Assembly: GCA_014860395.1 (NCBI GenBank)
Contig: JACZJU010000048.1
Span: 1,649 to 65,648, forward strand
Direction: 5' to 3'
DNA length: 64,000 bases
Origin: Burkholderiales bacterium
Lineage (GTDB): Bacteria > Pseudomonadota > Gammaproteobacteria > Burkholderiales > SG8-39
Part shown: positions 48,061-56,171 of the stretch, piece after piece
Numbering within the stretch: the first letter of the stretch is position 1
Layout of the letters: the number at the start of each line of letters is the position of its first letter
The notes under the pieces: model-generated
The model's input: only the letters and a program-made list of their open reading frames with translations
What the model was told of the DNA's origin: nothing
Databases searched by the model: none
Made by a program: the position numbers and the translations under genes

Positions 48061-48357
48061 TCAGGACTCCTTCGATTCGAGCGCGATCTGCCGGCGCAAT
48101 TCGCGATAGCGCGCGTCGGGAGCCTCGCCGAACAGCGGATCGGCGCCGGGCGGGACCGCCGCCATGATCTCTTCCCAGTCCTGCGGCGTGAGCAGTTGTT
48201 CGGCGCGCGGCACGATATCGCGGTCTTCCAGCGCAAGGTGGCGGCGGTAGTACACGAGGTAGGTCGCGGCCGCGGCTTCCACTTTGGCGCGCTCCACCAC
48301 GACATCGTCGACCACCAGTTGGAGGTACTTGAGCAGTTTTAGCGTGAACACCCGCAT
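48061..48357 (-). pseudogene. Duplicated 3' half of the hemerythrin-domain gene (possibly translated from its own ATG)
   Basis: 48061-48338 is a diverged direct repeat of 49139-49416; in-frame ATG at 48357 preceded by AGGAGG. Confidence 0.75.
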
Positions 48358-48441
48358 GATATCCTCCTGCCCTGGGGAAAGACCGCTTACCGGAAAATCC
48401 CAAATAGCGCATGCGCAGCATAAATTGCCCAGGAAACAGCC

Positions 48442-48750
48442 ATGACAAACCTTATCGACCAGCATCGCGATGAAGTCGCCGCCCTGTGTCGACGCGCCGG
48501 CGCACGGCGGCTGGACGCCTTCGGCTCTGCTATCCGCGCCGACTTCAATCCGCAGGCTAGCGATCTGGATTTCCTGGTCGAATTCGACGACGTGCCGCCC
48601 GCCGTCTACGCAAAGGCCTATTTCGCGCTGAAGGAGGGGTTGGAATCGCTGTTCGGCCGACCCGTGGACCTTGTGACCGGGAGCAGCCTAGCCAACCCCT
48701 ATTTCCGGGAACGGATCCTTGCAGAACGTCAGAACGTCTATGCACGCTGA
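48442..48750 (+). CDS. MNT nucleotidyltransferase antitoxin (MntA-like)
   Basis: FGS..DF...SDLDFLV and LFGRPVDLV motifs; overlaps the HEPN gene. Confidence 0.9.
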   Translation: MTNLIDQHRDEVAALCRRAGARRLDAFGSAIRADFNPQASDLDFLVEFDDVPPAVYAKAYFALKEGLESLFGRPVDLVTGSSLANPYFRERILAERQNVYAR

Positions 48751-49081
48751 CGCACGCAAACTGCTTTGGGATGCGCGGCACGCCGCCGAGCGCATCGAAC
48801 GCTTCACCGCGGGCAAGACCTTCGCAGAACATGATGCGGACGAGTATTTGCGATCCGCGGTCGAACGCCAGTTTGAGATCGTCGGCGAGTCAATGAACCA
48901 ACTGCGACGCATCGATCCCGACTCCGCAACCGCGGTTCCCGAACTTACTCGTGTCATTGCGTTCCGCAATATCCTGGTTCACGGCTACGCCAATGTGGAC
49001 AACCGTCTGGTGTGGGGCGTAGTCGAAACCGATCTTCCGTCCCTGCGCGCCACGCTGGACCGTCTGCTAGAGAAACAGTAA
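48740..49081 (+). CDS. HEPN/DUF86 RNase toxin (HepT-like)
   Basis: AVERQFEIVGE and RNILVHGY (Rx4HxY) motifs. Confidence 0.9.
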   Translation: MHADARKLLWDARHAAERIERFTAGKTFAEHDADEYLRSAVERQFEIVGESMNQLRRIDPDSATAVPELTRVIAFRNILVHGYANVDNRLVWGVVETDLPSLRATLDRLLEKQ

Positions 49082-49138
49082 CCGGGCACGAGGGGTTCGC
49101 CACCTCGCCCACTCTACGTTGGTCCAGCGCGCACCGTA

Positions 49139-49693
49139 TCAGACTTCCTTCGATTCGAGCGCGATCTGCCGGCGCAATTCGCGATAGCGCTCGTCGGAGT
49201 CCTCGCCGAACAGCGGATCGGCACCGTGCGGGACCGCCGCCATGACCTCCTCCCAATCCTGGGGCGTCAGCAGCTGTTCCGCGCGCGGCACGATATCCCG
49301 GTCTTCCAACGCAAGGTGACGGCGGTAATACACCAGGTAGGTCGCAGCCGCGGCCTCCACTTTGGCGCGCTCGACCACGACATCGTCGACAACCTGTTGG
49401 AGGTATTTGAGCAGTTCGGTGCCGGCAGCGGCGATCACCCGATGCTCCTGCAGCAACTGCTCGATCATGGGTTTCACCTGCGGGTCGCGTTGGGCCATGC
49501 GGGCAAATGCCACGTCCTCGCGCGCGTGGTGATAACGATCCGGGAAATAGCGCAGATAACTGACAAGATCCAGCATCAGCTCGAAGTTTGGCTGGTCGTC
49601 GGCATGGAACGCGGCTACCTGCCGCTCCAGCAGATCGAGCAGCCGGGCAAAATGCCTGTGCTCGGTGTGCCACAGGGCGATCGAATCAGACAT
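49139..49693 (-). CDS. Hemerythrin/HHE-domain protein
   Basis: EHRH, YHHARED, QEHR and HLALED metal-ligand motifs. Confidence 0.88.
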   Translation of the reverse strand: MSDSIALWHTEHRHFARLLDLLERQVAAFHADDQPNFELMLDLVSYLRYFPDRYHHAREDVAFARMAQRDPQVKPMIEQLLQEHRVIAAAGTELLKYLQQVVDDVVVERAKVEAAAATYLVYYRRHLALEDRDIVPRAEQLLTPQDWEEVMAAVPHGADPLFGEDSDERYRELRRQIALESKEV

Positions 49694-49733
49694 GCAGCCT
49701 CCCAGGGGATATCAGTGCGAGCATGCGGTTTGA

Positions 49734-50174
49734 CTAGCGAACGCCGGAACCCGCCCCACCGCTGCCGCTGCTGCTGCCACCACCACCACCACTGCTTCGA
49801 CCGCCACCGCGACCGCCGCTGCGGCCGATATTCCTGCGGCCGCGGTTGCGCGGGGGATTGTGCGATTTTTCCGGCCGCGGCAACTGCTGCCCCCGCGGCC
49901 GTGCACTCCTGGTCATCGCACCTTGGCCTTTGCCGCCGGCCATGGATTGCACCCGCTTGATACCGTTCGCCACAGCTTCGACATTGATGGCGTGGATCGT
50001 GTCAGGTCCATGCAGCTGCAGGGCTTCTTTTTCCTGCGCCAGCAAAGCCTGCAATTTGCCCAGCGCCTCGCTGCATGCCACTGCGAGACCCGACTCCTGT
50101 TCGGTACCCTGTCGATGCATCTCGATAGCGGCGATGGCGTCGGTCACCTCGTCGCTTGCCATTCGTGTGCTCAT
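49734..50174 (-). CDS. Hypothetical protein with Arg/Gly-rich disordered C-tail
   Basis: ORF with GGAG upstream; helical N-half and an RGRR/GGRGGG tail. Confidence 0.55.
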   Translation of the reverse strand: MSTRMASDEVTDAIAAIEMHRQGTEQESGLAVACSEALGKLQALLAQEKEALQLHGPDTIHAINVEAVANGIKRVQSMAGGKGQGAMTRSARPRGQQLPRPEKSHNPPRNRGRRNIGRSGGRGGGRSSGGGGGSSSGSGGAGSGVR

Positions 50175-50426
50175 GCCAATAGCTCTCCGTATTTTCCCTT
50201 GGGATCGCGCTCAAACGCTGCGGTGGCACCAGGTGCCTGTATGCGGCGCGCGGCTTGCGCCGCGCCCTGTGCGGCGCCGTGCCGCTTCAGGACTCCGCTC
50301 TAGGCGCACACTTCGGCGCGCCTACGCCAGCTTCGTGGGGCGGGTCTGGGGCAGTGCCGCTCAGCGGCGGCGTAGTCCCCAGCCACGGATCATACTATAA
50401 ACTCCCCGCGGCTCGCGCCGCTGCAT

Positions 50427-50440
50427 TTGATCAAGGTCAA
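50427..50440. promoter_or_regulatory. FNR-like box upstream of the hypothetical/hemerythrin genes
   Basis: TTGAT-CAAG-GTCAA (one mismatch). Confidence 0.65.
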
Positions 50441-50493
50441 GCTTGGTGCGAACAGCGCGCTCCTGCAATCCGGTCCCGGCAACGGATCCGGTC

Positions 50494-51207
50494 CTAAACC
50501 GAAATAACCAGCTTCTGGTAAAGGCCGCCGTAGTAGGTCTCCTTGCGTATCTGCGCCGGTTTGATGCTTTCAGGCAACCATTGCGCGATTTCATGCTGCC
50601 AGAGATCGAGGGCGTAGGGCTCGAGCACGCGCAGAACCGGGCGAAACAGATAGCGCAAGGGGTGCAGACGGCGCGGCAGGTGATAATCCACCAGCACCAG
50701 CTTGCCGCCGGGCTTGACCACGCGCAAGGCTTCGCCCAGGGTCTGCCTGCGCGCCGCAGCCGGCTGCTCGTGCAGCAGAAAGAAGAGAATCGCCTGGTCA
50801 TAGCTCGCGTCCTCGAAACCAAGCGCGGTCGAATCGTGCTGATGCAGCGTCACCGGCGCCGCGGCCGGGAGCTTTTCGCGCAGATTGCGCAACTGGATCG
50901 GCAGCACGTCGACGACGTCGAGCGAGCCGCCCGGCGCGACGCGCGCGGCAAGGTGCTCGGAGAAATTACCGTAGACGCAGGCGACCTGCAGCGTGCGCCC
51001 CGGAACTTCGCGCCCGAGTTCGGCGAGCGCGGCGTCGCGCAGGCGCGCGAAGTTGCCCCATAGAATCAGATTGACCAGCCACTGCCGCTCGAAGAAGCTG
51101 ACGGCGTTCGGATGGACATAGGCCCACCAGTAAGTATCCTGCAGATAGCTCGGGATGGCCTGCGGCCGCGACAGTTCCAAAGTCTCTTGCTCGCCTTTGT
51201 GGCTCAT
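50494..51207 (-). CDS. rquA: Rhodoquinone biosynthesis protein RquA
   Basis: IPSYLQDTYWWAYVHP, FERQWLVNLILWGN, LQVACVYG, FFLLHEQP and GGLYQK, characteristic of RquA. Confidence 0.9.
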   Translation of the reverse strand: MSHKGEQETLELSRPQAIPSYLQDTYWWAYVHPNAVSFFERQWLVNLILWGNFARLRDAALAELGREVPGRTLQVACVYGNFSEHLAARVAPGGSLDVVDVLPIQLRNLREKLPAAAPVTLHQHDSTALGFEDASYDQAILFFLLHEQPAAARRQTLGEALRVVKPGGKLVLVDYHLPRRLHPLRYLFRPVLRVLEPYALDLWQHEIAQWLPESIKPAQIRKETYYGGLYQKLVISV

Positions 51208-51364
51208 GCGTCTGTTCTCGCTGTTGCTGTTGCCACCCGCGGGCGGAGGATAAAGACCGTTGCGTCTGACCGTGCGCGCTGCGACTGGCGCAAACACCGC
51301 GGCGGCTTGGCTCTGCCCGCAGACCGCAATATGCCATATTCGGCAGCGGCGCGGTGGCAAAGGC

Positions 51365-51378
51365 TTGATATTGCTCAA
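51365..51378. promoter_or_regulatory. FNR-like box upstream of rquA
   Basis: TTGAT-ATTG-CTCAA (one mismatch). Confidence 0.6.
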
Positions 51379-51406
51379 CCGGAGTTCATCCCTTCGGAGT
51401 AACTTG

Positions 51407-51514
51407 GAGCCTATTTCAAAACGAGGGGATATCCCCTGCGGGGACTTCTTTCAGGGCGCCTCCTCTCATACTCCCCTAAACCAGGGGCCATTTCGTTAAT
51501 TCTGAAATGGCCTC
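51407..51514. mobile_element. Short MITE-like repeat, family 2, copy C
   Basis: Same ends and internal blocks as 26514-26594, plus a ~27-bp insertion. Confidence 0.65.
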
Positions 51515-51548
51515 CTAGTCGACGCGTACTCTTCTTCAGGGAATAGCC

Positions 51549-53174
51549 TTGAACCCAGCCCGCGATCAGGATTCGACGCACGCAGCCGGCACCGGCGCCG
51601 CAGGCCTGGACCGTCTGATCGCGGCGCTGCGCCAGCCGGGGCGCTATGCGCACGCGGTCGGGCGCGTCGAACTGATGCAGACACACATCTCCTGCGTACT
51701 GCTCGCCGGCGACTACGCCTACAAGATCAAGAAACCGGTGAACCTCGGCTTTCTGGATTTCAGCACGCTCGCCGCGCGCAAGCACTATTGCGAAGAAGAA
51801 CTGCGGCTCAACCACCGCACCGCGCCGGCGCTGTATCTCGACGTGCTCGCCATCGGCGGCAGCGAGTCGGCGCCGGTGATCGGCGGCGGCGGACCGGCGA
51901 TCGAGTATGCGCTGCGCATGCGGCGCTTCGAACAGGACGATCTGCTCGACCGCATGGCGCGCCGCGGCGCGCTCACGCCGCTGCACATCGATGCGCTCGC
52001 GCACCGCCTCGCAGCGTTTCATGCCGAAATCGAGCGCGCTGGTGCAGAGCAAGCGTACGGAAGCCCGGAGCGCGTACTCGCACCGGCTCTACAGAACTTC
52101 GAGCAGATGCTGCCTCTGCTCAGTGCGAAAGCGGATATCGCGCAACTCGCGCGTCTGCGCGACTGGACTGCGCGCGAGCATGCCGCGCTTGCCCCGGTGT
52201 TCGCCGCGCGCAAGCGCGACGGCCGGGTGCGCGAATGCCACGGCGACCTGCACTTGGGCAACATCGCGCTGATCGAGGGCGTGCCCACGCCATTCGATGC
52301 CATCGAGTTCAATCCGGACTTTCGCTGGATCGACGTGATGAACGAAATCGCCTTTCTGGTGATGGACCTGGCCGATCACGGCCTGCCGCGGCTCGCGTTT
52401 CGCTTCCTCAACGCGTATCTGGAAATTACCGGCGACTACGCCGGCCTGCGTGTGCTGCGCTTCTACCTCGTCTATCGCGCCCTGGTGCGCGCCAAGGTGT
52501 CGTGCATGCGCGCGCACCAGACGGGCGTGGCGGCGCACGAAAAAAGCGAGGTGGAGCGCGAATACCGGCGGCATCTTCATCTGGCGGAGCGGCTGTCCGC
52601 CCCGGCGCACGCGGCCATGCTGATCATGCACGGCTTGTCGGGGTCGGGCAAGACCACCATCGCGCAAGGTTTGCTCGAAGCGCTCGGCGCGGTGCGCCTG
52701 CGCTCGGACGTGGAGCGAAAGCGCCTGTTCGGCGTGGCGGCCGAGGCGCGCTCCGGCTCGGGGATGGATGCGGGCCTGTACACGCCCGCCGCAAATGAGC
52801 ATACCTATGCACGACTGGACGAACTCGCGCGCGATGTGATTGCGGCTGGATACCCGGTCATCGTCGACGCAGCCTTCCTCAGACGCGACGAGCGCCAGCG
52901 CTTTGCAGCACTGGCGCGCGACGCGCGCGCGAGCTTTCTTATTGCCGCGTGCACCGCCTCCCCCGCCACGCTGCGCGCGCGCGTGGCCGCGCGCGAACGC
53001 GAGGCGCGCGACGCCTCCGAAGCCGGGCTCGCGGTGCTCGAACGCCAATTCGCGAGCGCGGAACCGCTGGGCGAGGACGAGGCCGCGCACACGATGACGC
53101 TTAGCGCTGAGCACGGCGCTGCCGCACCCGAAGCGGCGGTCCTGGCGCGGCGCCTGGCTCTGGAGCCGGCCTGA
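51549..53174 (+). CDS. Bifunctional aminoglycoside-phosphotransferase-like / AAA_33 P-loop protein
   Basis: THIS..YKIKKPV, ECHGDLHLGN, GLSGSGKT and RSDVERK motifs. Confidence 0.88.
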   Translation: MNPARDQDSTHAAGTGAAGLDRLIAALRQPGRYAHAVGRVELMQTHISCVLLAGDYAYKIKKPVNLGFLDFSTLAARKHYCEEELRLNHRTAPALYLDVLAIGGSESAPVIGGGGPAIEYALRMRRFEQDDLLDRMARRGALTPLHIDALAHRLAAFHAEIERAGAEQAYGSPERVLAPALQNFEQMLPLLSAKADIAQLARLRDWTAREHAALAPVFAARKRDGRVRECHGDLHLGNIALIEGVPTPFDAIEFNPDFRWIDVMNEIAFLVMDLADHGLPRLAFRFLNAYLEITGDYAGLRVLRFYLVYRALVRAKVSCMRAHQTGVAAHEKSEVEREYRRHLHLAERLSAPAHAAMLIMHGLSGSGKTTIAQGLLEALGAVRLRSDVERKRLFGVAAEARSGSGMDAGLYTPAANEHTYARLDELARDVIAAGYPVIVDAAFLRRDERQRFAALARDARASFLIAACTASPATLRARVAAREREARDASEAGLAVLERQFASAEPLGEDEAAHTMTLSAEHGAAAPEAAVLARRLALEPA

Positions 53175-53295
53175 ACATGCGCCTGTTTCATGACGCCGTC
53201 TGCGTCAACGATTATGTTTTTTGCGCGCGTTCGATTGACACCGCAAGCTTCAGTGCGCTTCAATGCGCGCTTACTCCAATTCCTCGCAAGGCAAC

Positions 53296-54378
53296 ATGAC
53301 GACCTCCCCCTTTCTTACGCTGCACGAGCTGGTCAAGAAAGCGCGGCAGAAACTCAATCACGACAACTGGGACTACATCGTCGGCGGCACCGAGACCGAG
53401 ACCACGGTCAGGCGCAACCGCCTCGCCCTCGATTCGATCGCGTTCCAGCCGCGGGTGCTGCGCGACGTCAGCCGTATCGATGCCTCGACCGAGTTTCTCG
53501 GGCACTCGCTGCGCCTGCCCGTTTTCCTTGCGCCGGTCGGAGGACTGGAGCATTTCGCCGCCGAAGCCGGCGCCGCGGCCGCCAAAGCGGCGGCGCAATT
53601 CGGTATTTCCCACATGCTGAGCTCGGTTTGCGAACCGGGCCTGGAAGCCGTGGCGCAGGCGGCGCCCGACGCCCTGCGCATCTATCAGCTGTATGTGCAT
53701 GGCGACGCGGACTGGGTCGACGCCATGGCCGCGCGCGCCATCGCTGCGGGCTATGACGCGTTCTGCCTCACGGTGGATTCGGCCTACTACAGCAGGCGCG
53801 AACGCGACCTGGCGAAGCGCAACATCCGCCGCGACAACGTGCCGGGCAGGGAATTCCAGGCGCGTTTTACCTGGAGCGACGTGGCCAGGCTCAAATCCAA
53901 ATTCGCGATTCCGCTGATCCTGAAAGGGATAGCGACAAAGGAAGACGCGGTGCTGGCGCTGGAGCATGGTGTCGACATGATCTATGTCTCAAACCACGGC
54001 GGGCGCCAGCTCGACCACTGCCGCGGAACCATGGAGGTGCTGCCGGAAATTGTCGCCGCGGTCGGCGGCCGTGCACCCATCATGATCGACGGCGGATTCA
54101 ATCGCGGCGCGGACATTGTCAAGGCCATCGCCGCCGGCGCCAGCCTGGTCGGCATCGGCCGCATGCAATGCATAGGCCTGGCCGCGGGCGGCGAGGCCGG
54201 CCTCACGCGCCTGCTCGAAATCCTGGAACAGGAGATCCGGCTTTGCCTGGGTTTGCTTGGTGTCAACACATGGGCGGAACTCGACCCGTCGTATCTGCAT
54301 CCTGCGCACCCGGTCGGCACGGGCGGGACGCTCGATGCATTCCCGCTGCTCGCGCTCGACGAGAAGTCTTTCTACTGA
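53296..54378 (+). CDS. FMN-dependent alpha-hydroxy-acid oxidase/dehydrogenase
   Basis: LTVD, ILKGI, VSNHGGRQLD and DGG motifs. Confidence 0.92.
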   Translation: MTTSPFLTLHELVKKARQKLNHDNWDYIVGGTETETTVRRNRLALDSIAFQPRVLRDVSRIDASTEFLGHSLRLPVFLAPVGGLEHFAAEAGAAAAKAAAQFGISHMLSSVCEPGLEAVAQAAPDALRIYQLYVHGDADWVDAMAARAIAAGYDAFCLTVDSAYYSRRERDLAKRNIRRDNVPGREFQARFTWSDVARLKSKFAIPLILKGIATKEDAVLALEHGVDMIYVSNHGGRQLDHCRGTMEVLPEIVAAVGGRAPIMIDGGFNRGADIVKAIAAGASLVGIGRMQCIGLAAGGEAGLTRLLEILEQEIRLCLGLLGVNTWAELDPSYLHPAHPVGTGGTLDAFPLLALDEKSFY

Positions 54379-54412
54379 ACTCCCGCATTATCCAACCGGA
54401 AAAAGGCACCCT

Positions 54413-55285
54413 ATGCGACGGACTGAACGACGCGAGCGTTTCCGCTCGATACTAGAAGGCAAGGTCTGCATACATCCGGCTTCGGTGTTCGATCCGGTTT
54501 CGGCGCGCATCGCCGAAGACCTCGGCTTCGAGCTCGGCATGTTCGCCGGATCGATAGCCTCGCTCACGGTGCTCGGCGCCCCCGACCTGACACTGATCAC
54601 GCTCACCGAATTCGCCGAACAGGCGCAGCGCATCTGCCGCGCCGGCGCCCTGCCGCTGCTGGTGGACGCGGACCACGGCTACGGCAATGCGCTCAACGTC
54701 ATGCGCACGGTGGAAGAACTGGAGACCGCGGGCATCGCAGGCCTCACCATCGAAGACACCGCCCTCCCCCAGGGTTTCGGTGCGGGCGCCGCGGCGAAAC
54801 TGATTTCCGTGGAAGAAGGCGTGGGCAAAATGAAGGCCGCGGTCGCGGCCAGGCGCGATCCGGGTCTGGCGATCGTCGGGCGCACCAGCGCCGTGGCGCT
54901 CACCAGCCTTGAAGACGCACTGGCCAGGGCCAGGGCCTACGCAGCGACGGGCGTCGATGCGCTGTTCTTCCTCGGCGTGCGCACGCGCGCGCAGCTCGAT
55001 GCGATTGCGGCCGAGTGTAAATTGCCCATCGTGCTCGGCGGCGTCGGCGCCGACGTCAACGATCGCGACTATCTTGGCGCCAAGGGCGTGCGCATCTGCC
55101 TGCAGGGGCACCAGCCATTCATGGCAGCAGTGGCAGCAGTCCATGCGACGATGAAAGCGCTGCGCGAAGGCACACCGCCGGCCAAGCTTGCAAATATCGC
55201 GTCGGCGCAACTGATGCAGCAACTGAGCCGCGACGCCGATTACGCGCGCTGGAGCGAAGACTTTCTCGGCGCCCCCAAGAACTGA
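54413..55285 (+). CDS. Isocitrate lyase/PEP mutase family enzyme (oxaloacetate decarboxylase-like)
   Basis: PASVFDP, DADHGYGN and IEDT motifs. Confidence 0.88.
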   Translation: MRRTERRERFRSILEGKVCIHPASVFDPVSARIAEDLGFELGMFAGSIASLTVLGAPDLTLITLTEFAEQAQRICRAGALPLLVDADHGYGNALNVMRTVEELETAGIAGLTIEDTALPQGFGAGAAAKLISVEEGVGKMKAAVAARRDPGLAIVGRTSAVALTSLEDALARARAYAATGVDALFFLGVRTRAQLDAIAAECKLPIVLGGVGADVNDRDYLGAKGVRICLQGHQPFMAAVAAVHATMKALREGTPPAKLANIASAQLMQQLSRDADYARWSEDFLGAPKN

Positions 55286-55332
55286 CCTGCCGGACGTGGC
55301 GCGCGGATTTCGAAAACTAAGGAGTCATACAC

Positions 55333-56130
55333 ATGGACCTACCCAGTTACCAAACCCTCAAGACCGAGACGCCCGAGCCGCATGTGCTGCTGGTGACGCT
55401 AAACCGGCCCGAGGTCGCGAATGCGTTCAATACCGAGATGGGCCGCGAATTTCTCGACCTGTGGACGCGCCTGACCGAGGACGCGGGCGAAGTGCGCTGC
55501 GTCGTGCTCACCGGCGCCGGCGACAAGATATTTTGCGCCGGTGCCGACCTGAAGGAGCGCAACGGCATGACGCGCGAGCAATGGCAGCGCCAGCACGAAC
55601 TGTTCGAGCGCCATTATTGGGCCTTGACCGACCTGCCCGTGCCTATCATCGCCGCGGTCAACGGCCACGCGTATGCCGGCGGCTTCGAAGCCGTGCTCTC
55701 CTGCGATTTCGCCTACGCCGTGAAGACCGCGCGCTTCGCGCTGACCGAAGTGACCCTGGGCATCATGCCCGGCGCCGGCGGCACGCAGAACCTGCCGCGC
55801 GCGGTGGGCGAGCGCCGCGCCAAGGAAATCATCATGACCGGGCGCCCGTTTTCCGCGCAGCAGGCGCTCGACTGGGGCGTGGTCAACGAAATATGCGAGC
55901 CGGGCGAACTCCTGCCGCGCGCGCTGGAGACCGCGCGCACCATCGCCGGCAACGCGCCCCTGTCCATCCGCCAGGTGAAGAAATCGGTGCGCTACGGCAT
56001 GCAGATGGAGCTGAAGACCGCCTACCGCTTCGAGGTCGAGGCCTACAACCACCTGGTGGAAACCGAGGATCGCTACGAAGGCATCAAGGCGTTCAACGAA
56101 AAGCGCAAGCCCGTGTTCAAAGGAAAGTAG
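55333..56130 (+). CDS. Enoyl-CoA hydratase/isomerase family protein
   Basis: FCAGADLKE, AAVNGHAYAGGFE and PGAGGTQ motifs. Confidence 0.92.
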   Translation: MDLPSYQTLKTETPEPHVLLVTLNRPEVANAFNTEMGREFLDLWTRLTEDAGEVRCVVLTGAGDKIFCAGADLKERNGMTREQWQRQHELFERHYWALTDLPVPIIAAVNGHAYAGGFEAVLSCDFAYAVKTARFALTEVTLGIMPGAGGTQNLPRAVGERRAKEIIMTGRPFSAQQALDWGVVNEICEPGELLPRALETARTIAGNAPLSIRQVKKSVRYGMQMELKTAYRFEVEAYNHLVETEDRYEGIKAFNEKRKPVFKGK

Positions 56131-56171
56131 CTTGATCCGGGCAACCGCGTGCAAACAGCGCGCCCGCGGGC

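Noticed and set aside
49756-49822. GCT/CCA trinucleotide runs
   Set aside because: Explained by the Gly/Ser-rich tail of the minus-strand ORF; not an evident contingency repeat.
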